Shown here: positions 10,407 through 18,797 of the stretch, piece by piece | How the letters are laid out: each line of letters opens with the position of its first letter | Numbering within the stretch: position 1 is the stretch's first letter | Source of the DNA: Desulfobulbus propionicus DSM 2032 | Lineage (GTDB): Bacteria; Desulfobacterota; Desulfobulbia; Desulfobulbales; Desulfobulbaceae | Length of the DNA: 32,000 bases | Assembly (NCBI RefSeq): GCF_000186885.1 | Contig: NC_014972.1 | Coordinates: 1,080,001-1,112,000 of the forward strand | Direction: 5' to 3' | Translations under genes and position numbers: made by a program | The notes under the pieces: generated by a model | The model's input: the letters and a program-made list of their open reading frames with translations, nothing else | What the model was told of the DNA's origin: nothing | Databases searched by the model: none

Positions 10407-11290
10407 AGTTGGAGAAATCGTCTGATGGCCGAGAAACTGCCGGCAGCGCAGAGAAGGGTGGCGGCGCCGACAATCAGGAGGACCACCGGCCAGGAAAAGA
10501 AGGTGAACGACAGCAGGCTGGTTGTCGCCGGCCCGGCAAACTGCAGTTTGATCCAATTGAACAGCAGGAGGAGGGCCGCCATGCCAAGGCCTCCGCCCAG
10601 CAATCCCTGCATGGCGCCTTCCAGGAGATAGGGCGTGCGGATATAGTTGTTGGTGGCACCCACCAGACGGAGCAGTTCCAACTCCTGCTGCCGCGCCACC
10701 AGGGTCAGGCGGATGGTGTGGGCCACCATGAAGGTGGTGGTCATGATCAGCAGTGATCCGGAGAGCAGGATGACCACCCGGATCAGTTGGACGAACGAAT
10801 AGAAACGCTCAATCCATTCCTTGCCGTACTGGACCTTGAGCACGCCGGGCAATGTTTGCAGGTAGTCGGAAAAACGCTTGATCCGCGAGAGGCTGTCCAG
10901 GGATCGGATCGGATAGACCTCAATCGAAGGGGGCAGAAAATCGGTGGGGACGCCGGTCAGGATATCGCTGCTGTCGCCGAGCTGCCGTTCAAAGCGTTTG
11001 AAGGCCTGGAGGCTGTCGACGAATTCGATCCGTTCCACTTGGTCGAACTTGAGGATCTTGTCCCGGTACTCCTCCTGCATCGGAGGGGTCGGTTCCTCGT
11101 CGAGATAGACGATCAGCCGCAGGTCGTCGTCGAGCTCGCTGCCGATCTGCAGGGCATTGGCATAAATCAGATAGAAGAAGGAAAAGATCAGGACCGACAG
11201 GGAAACGGTGAACAGGGTCATGCATTGCGACTTCCAGGTCAGCAGCATGTTGCGGCAGGCATGGCGGAGCATAACAAGGAAAAAACGCAT
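10403..11290 (-). CDS. ftsX: Cell division permease FtsX
   Basis: 295 aa, N-terminal TM, extracellular loop, and FtsX/MacB-like C-terminal permease (VARQQELELLRLVGATNNYIRTPYLLEGAMQGLLGGGLG). Directly downstream of ftsE. Confidence 0.9.
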   Translation of the reverse strand: MRFFLVMLRHACRNMLLTWKSQCMTLFTVSLSVLIFSFFYLIYANALQIGSELDDDLRLIVYLDEEPTPPMQEEYRDKILKFDQVERIEFVDSLQAFKRFERQLGDSSDILTGVPTDFLPPSIEVYPIRSLDSLSRIKRFSDYLQTLPGVLKVQYGKEWIERFYSFVQLIRVVILLSGSLLIMTTTFMVAHTIRLTLVARQQELELLRLVGATNNYIRTPYLLEGAMQGLLGGGLGMAALLLLFNWIKLQFAGPATTSLLSFTFFSWPVVLLIVGAATLLCAAGSFSAIRRFLQL

Positions 11291-11293
11291 CGA

Positions 11294-12043
11294 TCACACC
11301 TCGGAAACAGGGACGGAGCGTTCGTCGGATTCTGCATCTTCCGGCAATTCCGCATGCAGCGGAGAACGCAATCGGCCGCAATGGAGTTCAATCACCCGAT
11401 GGTCGTTCTGTTGGTACAGGGATTGGTCATGGGTGGCAATGACAATGGTGGTGCCCTGACGGTTGAGTTGATGGAACAGGGCCATCACCCGAGCGGTGGT
11501 TTCGGCATCCAGGTTGCCGGTTGGTTCATCGGCCAGAATGATTTCCGGCGAGTTGGCGACGGCGCGGGCAATGGCAATCCGCTGCTGTTCGCCCCGCGAC
11601 AGTTCTCCGGTTCGGGTGGCGTGCTTCCGGACCAGATCGAGCTGTTCGAGCAACTCCCGTGTTCGTTTTTCGATGAACGACCGGGAACGAAAAACAACCT
11701 CCATGGCAATGGCGATATTGTCGGCCACTGTCCGCTCCGGCAGCAGTTTGAAATCCTGGTAGGCCATGCCGATCTTGCGGCGGAGAAGATGGAGTTTGCG
11801 CGGCGGCAGTTTGGCGACATCGATGCCCGCCACATCGATCATCCCCTTGCTCGGTTTTTCCATCCGGCTGATCAGGCGCAACAAGGTGGTCTTGCCGGCG
11901 CCGCTCATGCCGGTGAGAAAAACAATTTCTCCCCTGCGGACCGTGAGCGAAACGTCGGTGATGGCCTGAACATCGGGGGGATAGATCTTGCTGACCTTGA
12001 TCAGGTCAATCATGACATCGGGTGGAGAGGTGTCCGTGCTCAT
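11294..12043 (-). CDS. ftsE: Cell division ATP-binding protein FtsE
   Basis: ABC ATPase: Walker [10 protein letters not shown], signature [14 protein letters not shown], Walker [13 protein letters not shown], FtsE-like [35 protein letters not shown]. Start at [10 protein letters not shown] or MIDLIKV (12013). Confidence 0.9.
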   Translation of the reverse strand: MSTDTSPPDVMIDLIKVSKIYPPDVQAITDVSLTVRRGEIVFLTGMSGAGKTTLLRLISRMEKPSKGMIDVAGIDVAKLPPRKLHLLRRKIGMAYQDFKLLPERTVADNIAIAMEVVFRSRSFIEKRTRELLEQLDLVRKHATRTGELSRGEQQRIAIARAVANSPEIILADEPTGNLDAETTARVMALFHQLNRQGTTIVIATHDQSLYQQNDHRVIELHCGRLRSPLHAELPEDAESDERSVPVSEV

Positions 12044-12131
12044 TGGTTCGCTGGTGCCATGAAAGAAAAGAGAGGTAAGGACTTGGGCTGCATGCCGCAA
12101 GGCAACGGTATCCTGCTGCTAGATGTTTTTA

Positions 12132-12160
12132 TATTTAAAAGATTAATATTTTTAAGTCCA
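12132..12160 (-). promoter_or_regulatory. Candidate promoter in AT-rich segment upstream of ftsE
   Basis: A pronounced AT-rich block within GC-rich sequence. On the minus strand: TGGACT (12155-12160), 17 nt, TAAATA (12132-12137). Motif match only. Confidence 0.3.
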
Positions 12161-12357
12161 TAGCTTTTTCTCTCCGGATGTGCAACCGAAGCATGCCCTG
12201 GCAACACGGCCTCCGGCATCGCGGTGACGGCGCAACACTATAAAATCGTTTACGATCACTGAACGACCCGGTTATAGTTGTCGCCATCCGGCTGCTCTGC
12301 AGCAATGCCGCTTCCCTTGCGTATACCGCAGCGACCACAAAAAGGAGACCTGAGTTG

Positions 12358-13035
12358 ATGTGTTACAAGGCGGTCCTGTTTGATCTGGACGGAACCCTGC
12401 TCGATACCTTGGAGGACCTGGCCACGGCGGCCAACCGCGTTCTGGCCGTCCGCTCCCTGCCGGAGCATCCAGTGGCGGCCTATCGCTACTTTGTCGGCGA
12501 TGGGGTCACGACCCTGGCAGAGCGGATCCTTCCCGAAGCCTTGCGTTCCCCGGCAATGATTGCGGAGACGGTCGAGGCTTTTCAGCGGGAATACGCCGCC
12601 AACTGGCATGATCGCACCGCCCCCTATCCCGGGATCGCGACCATGCTCGACCATTTGACGACCATCGGCATGCGGCTGTGCATTCTTTCCAACAAGCCCG
12701 ACGGATTCACCCGGCTGTGCGTGGAACACCTATTGGCCGCATGGCGATTTGACCCACTTCTGGGACAGCGGCCCGACGTCCCCAAGAAACCCGATCCGGC
12801 CGCGGCACTGGAAATCGCCGCTTCCCTCGGCCTGGCGCCCGCGGAAGTGCTCTATGTGGGCGATACCGCCGTTGACATGCGCACCGCCCATGCCGCCGGC
12901 ATGAACGCGGTAGGCGTGTTGTGGGGTTTTCGGGAAGCTGACGAATTGCTGGCCGCCGGCGCCTGGCGGCTGATCAGCGAACCAATGGAACTGCCGCCGC
13001 TGCTCGCCCACTCCTCCCTTCACACCCCAGGTTGA
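12358..13035 (+). CDS. gph: Phosphoglycolate phosphatase, HAD family
   Basis: HAD motif I FDLDGTLLDTLEDLATAANRVL, motif II ILSNKPDGFT, motif III/IV PKKPDPAAALEIA...VLYVGDTAVDMRTAHAAGM. Confidence 0.88.
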   Translation: MCYKAVLFDLDGTLLDTLEDLATAANRVLAVRSLPEHPVAAYRYFVGDGVTTLAERILPEALRSPAMIAETVEAFQREYAANWHDRTAPYPGIATMLDHLTTIGMRLCILSNKPDGFTRLCVEHLLAAWRFDPLLGQRPDVPKKPDPAAALEIAASLGLAPAEVLYVGDTAVDMRTAHAAGMNAVGVLWGFREADELLAAGAWRLISEPMELPPLLAHSSLHTPG

Positions 13036-14645
13036 TTGCCGTGCTTGCCTTTGATTCTTCCCTGTTCACCGCCTTGGCCCATCCGTGCATCGGCGCCTTT
13101 ATTGGTTATCTGACCAACAAGATCGCCATCCGCATGCTGTTTCGCCCCCTGCAACCCTGGTATCTGTTTGGGGTCCAAGTGCCCATGACGCCCGGGGTCA
13201 TCCCCGCCAAGCGCCATGCCCTGGCGGCAAATATCGGCGAAATGGTCGGCCGGCATCTCCTCACCAGCAAAGATATCGGCGCCGCCGTCTCGCAAGAGCC
13301 GTTTCAAGAACATCTCAAAGAATTGGTGGACCGCAAGATCAAGGAGATCTTCCAGCAAGACCTCGGTTCCCTTCAGGACGTCATCCCCCGCCGCTTCAAG
13401 GCCTATTTCAAGGTCGGGATCAAGACGCTGAAATACCAGCTGGGCGAAGGTCTCAACAGCTATCTGGCCAGTGACGACTTTGAGGAAAAATTGAGGGGAG
13501 CGATCGCCAGTCGTCTGGAAGCCTTGGCCGACCGGGAATTGAACGCCCTGCTCGACCCGCACGACCGGCGCGACATTTATCTGTTTATCGACGAGGTGCT
13601 GCGGGAGCTGTTGCAGAACGGCCGGACCGAGATCTGGCTGGGTGACTATCTGGCCGCCAGTGTACGGCAATCGGCCGCCCAGGGACGCACCCTCGGCGAT
13701 CTGCTGCCGGAACAGCTGGTGCGTCTGCTCAAGGACTTCATCCACGACCATTGCGCCTCGATTTTGCGGGGAATGGGCGCGCAGGTGGCCGATCCGGTTC
13801 TTCGCGCCCAGTTGGTTGGGGGCATCGTGGCTGGGGTCGATCACTTTCTCGATGGACTCGGGCCGGTGGGCGCGATGGCCAAGGGCTTTCTCGAGATGGA
13901 CACCCTGGAGCGCAAGGTGGGCGAGTATCTGGTCGACAAGGAGGAGGACTTGATCGCCTGGCTGCAAAATGCCGAGGTCCAGGAGCGGATGGCCATGGTG
14001 TTGGAGCAACAGGTTGACAGCCTGTTGCAGAAACCGCTCGCGGAACTGGTGGCCAGGGGCGACGGGCAACGATTGACGGCCATCTGCCATCAATGCGCGG
14101 CGCAGTTGCTGGGCGTTTTCAAAACCGAGGGCACCCAGACTGGCCTCAAGGCTCTGTTGCATGTCAGCCTGGAGGATCTGTTCGATGACGGGCGAAGGCC
14201 ACTGGGCGATCTGGGGCAGCAGTTCTTTCCGGAGGACAATGGCGAGAAACTTCGCGAGGTGTTCATCCGGGAATGTGTCGCCCTCTGTCGATCGCACAAG
14301 AGCGCGCAATTGGCCAATACCATGCTCAAGTCGATGGTCGACAACCTGCTGGAGCGTCCGATCGGCAGACTGTACGACCTGGTCCCCCATGGAATCCGTC
14401 AGGGAATCAACGAATATGTGATTCTCCTTGCCAATCGCATGCTGCTCAAGGAGGTGCCCGGTCTGGTGGATTCCCTGAATATCCAGCGGATGGTCACTGA
14501 AAAAATCGACACCCTCGATTTGCTGCAACTCGAACGGCTGCTGCTGTCGATCATGGAGGAGCAGTTCAAATACATCAACCTGTTCGGGGCGCTCCTGGGT
14601 TTTTTCCTTGGCTTGATCAACCTGGTCTTGGTGGAATTTTTCTAA
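13032..14645 (+). CDS. DUF445 family membrane protein
   Basis: 537 aa with GAFIGYLTNKIAIRMLFRPLQPW and VPMTPGVIPAKRHALAANIGEMVGRHLL, characteristic of DUF445, and a C-terminal TM (FGALLGFFLGLINLVLV). TTG start overlapping the gph stop. Confidence 0.85.
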   Translation: MIAVLAFDSSLFTALAHPCIGAFIGYLTNKIAIRMLFRPLQPWYLFGVQVPMTPGVIPAKRHALAANIGEMVGRHLLTSKDIGAAVSQEPFQEHLKELVDRKIKEIFQQDLGSLQDVIPRRFKAYFKVGIKTLKYQLGEGLNSYLASDDFEEKLRGAIASRLEALADRELNALLDPHDRRDIYLFIDEVLRELLQNGRTEIWLGDYLAASVRQSAAQGRTLGDLLPEQLVRLLKDFIHDHCASILRGMGAQVADPVLRAQLVGGIVAGVDHFLDGLGPVGAMAKGFLEMDTLERKVGEYLVDKEEDLIAWLQNAEVQERMAMVLEQQVDSLLQKPLAELVARGDGQRLTAICHQCAAQLLGVFKTEGTQTGLKALLHVSLEDLFDDGRRPLGDLGQQFFPEDNGEKLREVFIRECVALCRSHKSAQLANTMLKSMVDNLLERPIGRLYDLVPHGIRQGINEYVILLANRMLLKEVPGLVDSLNIQRMVTEKIDTLDLLQLERLLLSIMEEQFKYINLFGALLGFFLGLINLVLVEFF

Positions 14646-14662
14646 CAGCATCGCACTGTGTC

Positions 14663-14697
14663 CGATCCTCCGGTACGGTCGTGAGGGATCGTTTTTT
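14663..14697 (+). terminator. Rho-independent terminator downstream of the DUF445 gene
   Basis: CGATCC-TC ... GAG-GGATCG stem followed by TTTTTT, beginning 18 nt after the DUF445 stop codon. Confidence 0.6.
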
Positions 14698-14706
14698 CGC
14701 GCGCAC

Positions 14707-14744
14707 AAAAAAAGCCCCGCGCCTAATGGCGCAGGGCTTTTTTT
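14707..14744. terminator. Bidirectional intrinsic terminator
   Basis: AAAAAAAGCCC-C-GCGCC-TAAT-GGCGC-A-GGGCTTTTTTT: strong stem flanked by A and T tracts, between the convergent DUF445 and OmpA/coiled-coil genes. Confidence 0.85.
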
Positions 14745-14768
14745 AACGGTCCCCGGTTTCGTGAGCGA

Positions 14769-17700
14769 TCAAGGGGTCATGGGGTGCAGTTCCACCCGCC
14801 GGTTTTTCTGCTTGCCCGCGGCGGTGGCGTTGTCGGCAATGGGATTTTCCTTGCCGTACCCCTTGGCGGTCAGCTGCGCGCGCGCGACCCCCTTGGTCTG
14901 CAAATAGTCGACCACGCTTTGGGCGCGTTGGGCACTCAGATCCAGATTTTTTTTCGGATCGCCGGCGGAATCGGTGTAGCCGGCCACCTCTACCCGCATC
15001 TGCGGGACGTGGGCGAGGGCAGCGGCGACGGTGTCCAGATTTTTGCGTGATTCCTGGGTGAAGACAGCGGTCCCCGAGGCGAAGTTCACCCCCTGGAGGA
15101 TGATGCCTTTGCCAGCCGGGCATCCCAGGCCGTTAACGGGGCTGCCGGCAGGTGATCCGGGGCAGAGGTCTGCGGCGTCGGCGACGCCATCCTTGTCCTG
15201 ATCGTCGGCTGCCGGCGTTGCGGCGGTTAGCGGGGCAACCGCCTCGGGTTGCGGCTGCGCCTTGAGCTGTTCCAGTTGTTTGCGCAACTCGGCGATGGTC
15301 GTTTGGCTGGCGGTGAGCGATTGCTGCAATCCGTCCTTTTCCGCCTGCAACGCCTGTGTTTTGCTCTCGGCGGCTTGAGCGTTTTCGGTCAGACTTTTTT
15401 TCATCTGCGCCGATGCCGCTTCCATCTGGGCGAGTTGATCACGCAGGGTGGCGATCTGCTGGTTGAGGGTGGGGACGAGATCCTGCTGCGCCTGTTTCTG
15501 GGCGGCGGCCAGTTGGTCTTCCAGGGCCTTGACCTTGCGGCTGTTTTCGCTCTGGGATGCACTCAGCTGCTGTACCGTTGCTTCGGCCTTTGCCGCCCGC
15601 TGCTCGGCCGCCTGCCTACCGGTCTGGGTTTCGGTCAGTTTGGCTTCCAGGGCGGCAATCTGCTGACCAGCCGCTGCCATTTCCTTGATTTTGGCCTCGG
15701 CCTGAGCCAAGGCAGCCGTCTTCTCATCAAGGGCCTTTTTCATGCCGTCAAGGTCTTGAACCTTTGCCTGGGCGGCGGCCAGCTGGCCGGTGAGGTCGGC
15801 CTTGATGCTCTCCAATTGTTTGACGGTGGTCTTGGTGGTATCAAACTGGGTGGTCAACTGGCTCAACTTACCCTGGAGGTTGGTCAACTCCTCACCCTGC
15901 TTGGCGGCTTTGGCCAGGGCAGCGGTTTTTTCCTCCACGGACTTGGTCAGTTCGGCGGTTTTGACGCGGAGGGCCGCCAACTGTTCCAACTCGGCCTTGG
16001 CTTTGCTCAAGGCTGCGGACTGCTCGTCAAAGGCGGTCTTGAGCGCCAGGAGATTTTTCTGATCCGCCTGCATGGCTGTCAGCCGACTGGCCAGACCGAG
16101 TTTCTCGTCGTTGAGCGCGGTCACCTTGGCGGCCAATTCCTTGAGCTGTGCCTGTGACCCCTTGAGCACGGTTTCCTTGTTATCGAGCTGTTGCTGTAGA
16201 GCCTCTTTGCTTTTCACTGTGGCGGCCAAGGTTTTTTCCGTTTCCGTCAAGGCGGCGCGAAGCGTTTTCTCTGCGGCTTCAAAAGTCGAAGCCTTCTGCT
16301 TGGCCTCGGCGGCCTCGGCCCTGGAGGCGTTCAATTCCTTGACCGTCGTGGTGTTCGTCTGATCAAGATCAGCCACCTGCTTGTCCAGGGCTGCAATCCG
16401 AGCGGCGGATTCCTGTTTGAGCCGCTCCAATTCCTTGCCTCGTTCATCCAGGAGGGCTTGCACCTTGGCCAGGGCCTGCGGGTGTGCCGCCACTTCCTGT
16501 TTAAGCGCTTGAATCGAGTCGAGCGCTTCGTTCAAAGCAGCGGTCTTTTCCTGGACGATCTTGCCCTGCGCCATTTTCTGCTCTTTAAGCAGAGCAATCT
16601 GCTGTTCCTTTTCGGTGATGGATTGCTGCAGGGCGTTGCTCTTGTCCTCGGCGGCTTTCTGCTGGGTCATGGCCACCTGCAACCGGTTGGCATTCTCCGC
16701 CAACTGGGTCTTGAGTTTGTCGGCCTCGCCGGTTTGCTCCTGGATCTGTTGCTGCAGGCTTTGAATCTGCGCCTCCTTGTCCTTGATGAACTGTTGCGCC
16801 TTGGCCGTATCGCCCTTGGCGGTTTCCAGTTGAGCCGTTGTTTCGGCCAGGTGGGTTTTCAGGCGGTCACCCTCGGCCTGCCGCTCCTGGAGCTGTTGCT
16901 GGGTGGTATGGAGAATACCTTCTTTTTCTTGGAGAAGTTGTTCCGCCTTTTTTCCGGAAGCTTGCAATTGGGCGATGGTTTCATTGAGGGCCGCCATGCC
17001 GGTTTTGGCTTGGGTCAACTCGCCGGCCAGTTGCTCCTTTTCGGCCGCGACCCCCTTCAGTGTAGTCATCTCGCCGTTTTGCTGTTCAATTTTCTGGCGC
17101 AGGCTCTGTACCAGAGATTCGTTTTCTCCAAGGACCTGCTGCTGTTTTGCGTGGTCGGTTTGCAGGGCATGCAAGGTCTGCTGCAGCTGGGCCAGGGCGT
17201 TTTTGGTGCCGGTCAACTCGGCGGCCAGCCGTTCCTTGTCGGCGGCCAGTGCTTTGAGCGCCTCGGCGTTCTTCTGCAACTCTTGCTTCATGGCGCTGAC
17301 CTCCTCGCTTGCCTCCTTGGCTGTGGTTTGTTGCTCCAAGGTGGCCTTGCGGGTCAGCAGATTTTTCTGATCTTCCTGCATGGCCGCGAGCTGACTGGCC
17401 AAGCCGAGTTTTTCGTCATTGAGCGTGGTGACCTTCGCGGTCAGCTCATTGAGCTGATGCTGCAAAAGACCCTTGCTCTCCATGGCTGCGGTCAATGATT
17501 GTTCGGTCTTGGCCAAGGCGGCTCGAAGAGGTTCCTGCGCGGCTTCGAGCGCGGCGGCTTTTTTCTTGGCCTCGGCGGCCTCGGTTTTGTAGGTGTCCAG
17601 CTCTTTCACCGCCTGTTCCCGCTCGGCGAGTTGTTTGCCCAACTCTGCGATGCGTTCCGCTGAAGCCTGTTTGAGGTGCTCCAACTCCGCGTTGCGTTCA

Positions 17701-18749
17701 TCGAGAAGTTGTTGCACCGTGGCCACGGCCTGGGGTTGGGCTGCCACTTCCTGTTTGAGCGAGCGGATGGAAAAGATCGACTCATTCAAGGCGGCCGTCT
17801 TTTCCTGGGCGATTTTTTCCTGCTCTTTCTTCTGCTCGGTCAGCAAGGCGATCTGTTGTTCTTTCTCGGTGATGGCCTGATCGAGGGCCTTGATCTTGTC
17901 CACGGCCTTTTTTTCTTCGGCTTGAGCAGAGTGCAGCCGGTTGGCATTGTCCACCAGCTGGGCCTTGAGGTTGTCAGCTTCACTGATTTGCGCCTGAATC
18001 TGTTGCTGCAGGCTCTGGACCTGCGCCTCCTTTTCCTTGATCAACTGCTGCCCCTTCTCCTGGTCAGCCTTGGCTGCCTCCAACAATGCGGTGGCTTGGG
18101 TCAACTGCGATTTCAGGCTGGTGTTCTCGTTGAGCTGATCCTGGATCCGCTGTTGCGCATCGCGCAATGCAGCTTCTTTGTCGCCGACCGCCTGCCGCAG
18201 TTCGGCCACGGCAGCCTTGGTGGCGGCGAGTTCGGCGTCCAGGCGCGACTTTTCGGTGTGCAGCTTTTTCAGCGCCTCATCCTTGGTCGCCGCATCCGCG
18301 TTGCCCGTTTCCGCCTCGGCCAACAGTTTGCGATAGTCGGCGGCAACCGTTGCCTGGGCATTGAGCAGTTCTTGAATCCGTTGATCCTTGGTGCCGATTG
18401 TCTCCTGCAGCTTCTGCAGTTCCTCTTCAAGGGACGGTTGCGGCTGCACGGTCAACCCGACTGGAGCCGATTCTGTCTCCTGTTTCTGATGGGGGACGGC
18501 CTGCTTGTCGCTGTGCTGCGCCTGCTGAACCGTGGCTGGGGCAGGGGTGGCTGCCTCGGGGCCCGATTCGGGGGGAGTTGTTTCCACGTGTGGAGCAACC
18601 GGTTGCGCGGCGGGCTGGCCGTGAGGCGCTGCTATCGGGGCAGGCTCCCGAGAAATCGAGGTTTCCTTAATCATCTTGCTGTTATAGTTGGCGAGTACGA
18701 TGTATACCGCAACGCCGGCAAGGGACAGGAGGATCAGACGGATTTTCAT
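14769..18749 (-). CDS. Giant coiled-coil protein with N-terminal membrane segment, TSP type-3 repeat and C-terminal OmpA-like domain
   Basis: 1326 aa. N-terminus MKIRLILLSLAGVAVYIVLANYN, a Pro/Ala-rich linker, about 1000 residues of E/K/Q/A/L-rich heptad-like sequence, TSP3 repeat DQDKDGVADAADLCPGSPAGSPVNGLGCP, and OmpA-like domain (VEVAGYTDSAGDPKKNLDLSAQRAQSVVDYL...GYGKENPIADNATAAGKQKNRRVEL). Confidence 0.88.
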   Translation of the reverse strand: MKIRLILLSLAGVAVYIVLANYNSKMIKETSISREPAPIAAPHGQPAAQPVAPHVETTPPESGPEAATPAPATVQQAQHSDKQAVPHQKQETESAPVGLTVQPQPSLEEELQKLQETIGTKDQRIQELLNAQATVAADYRKLLAEAETGNADAATKDEALKKLHTEKSRLDAELAATKAAVAELRQAVGDKEAALRDAQQRIQDQLNENTSLKSQLTQATALLEAAKADQEKGQQLIKEKEAQVQSLQQQIQAQISEADNLKAQLVDNANRLHSAQAEEKKAVDKIKALDQAITEKEQQIALLTEQKKEQEKIAQEKTAALNESIFSIRSLKQEVAAQPQAVATVQQLLDERNAELEHLKQASAERIAELGKQLAEREQAVKELDTYKTEAAEAKKKAAALEAAQEPLRAALAKTEQSLTAAMESKGLLQHQLNELTAKVTTLNDEKLGLASQLAAMQEDQKNLLTRKATLEQQTTAKEASEEVSAMKQELQKNAEALKALAADKERLAAELTGTKNALAQLQQTLHALQTDHAKQQQVLGENESLVQSLRQKIEQQNGEMTTLKGVAAEKEQLAGELTQAKTGMAALNETIAQLQASGKKAEQLLQEKEGILHTTQQQLQERQAEGDRLKTHLAETTAQLETAKGDTAKAQQFIKDKEAQIQSLQQQIQEQTGEADKLKTQLAENANRLQVAMTQQKAAEDKSNALQQSITEKEQQIALLKEQKMAQGKIVQEKTAALNEALDSIQALKQEVAAHPQALAKVQALLDERGKELERLKQESAARIAALDKQVADLDQTNTTTVKELNASRAEAAEAKQKASTFEAAEKTLRAALTETEKTLAATVKSKEALQQQLDNKETVLKGSQAQLKELAAKVTALNDEKLGLASRLTAMQADQKNLLALKTAFDEQSAALSKAKAELEQLAALRVKTAELTKSVEEKTAALAKAAKQGEELTNLQGKLSQLTTQFDTTKTTVKQLESIKADLTGQLAAAQAKVQDLDGMKKALDEKTAALAQAEAKIKEMAAAGQQIAALEAKLTETQTGRQAAEQRAAKAEATVQQLSASQSENSRKVKALEDQLAAAQKQAQQDLVPTLNQQIATLRDQLAQMEAASAQMKKSLTENAQAAESKTQALQAEKDGLQQSLTASQTTIAELRKQLEQLKAQPQPEAVAPLTAATPAADDQDKDGVADAADLCPGSPAGSPVNGLGCPAGKGIILQGVNFASGTAVFTQESRKNLDTVAAALAHVPQMRVEVAGYTDSAGDPKKNLDLSAQRAQSVVDYLQTKGVARAQLTAKGYGKENPIADNATAAGKQKNRRVELHPMTP
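16030..16850 (-). repeat. Internal duplication, copy B (within the coiled-coil CDS)
   Basis: Encodes AQLETAKGDTAKAQQFIKDKEAQIQSLQQQIQEQTGEADKLKTQLAENANRL...ITEKEQQIALLKEQK...QEKTAALNEALDSIQALKQEVAAHPQALAKVQALLDERGKELERLKQ...AAKVTALNDEKLGLASRLTAMQADQKNLL, colinear with copy A. Boundaries approximate. Confidence 0.85.
17341..18101 (-). repeat. Internal duplication, copy A (within the coiled-coil CDS)
   Basis: Encodes TQATALLEAAKADQEKGQQLIKEKEAQVQSLQQQIQAQISEADNLKAQLVDNANRL...ITEKEQQIALLTEQK...QEKTAALNESIFSIRSLKQEVAAQPQAVATVQQLLDERNAELEHLKQ...TAKVTTLNDEKLGLASQLAAMQEDQKNLL. Boundaries approximate. Confidence 0.85.
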
Positions 18750-18797
18750 GGTGTGTGTGCTGTGGTTGAGGTCAAAGAAGGGAAAAGGGACAGGGTT

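Noticed and set aside
10787-12163. 458-aa plus-strand ORF opposite ftsX/ftsE
   Set aside because: Antisense shadow of the ftsE and ftsX genes, with no domain signal.
13020-14708. 562-aa minus-strand ORF opposite the DUF445 gene
   Set aside because: The sense ORF has clear DUF445 motifs; the antisense ORF runs through the terminator region and has no recognisable domains.
14769-18749. Possibility that the repetitive gene is a CRISPR-like or tandem DNA repeat array
   Set aside because: The repeats are protein-level heptads and one diverged long duplication; there are no regularly spaced identical DNA repeats with unique spacers.
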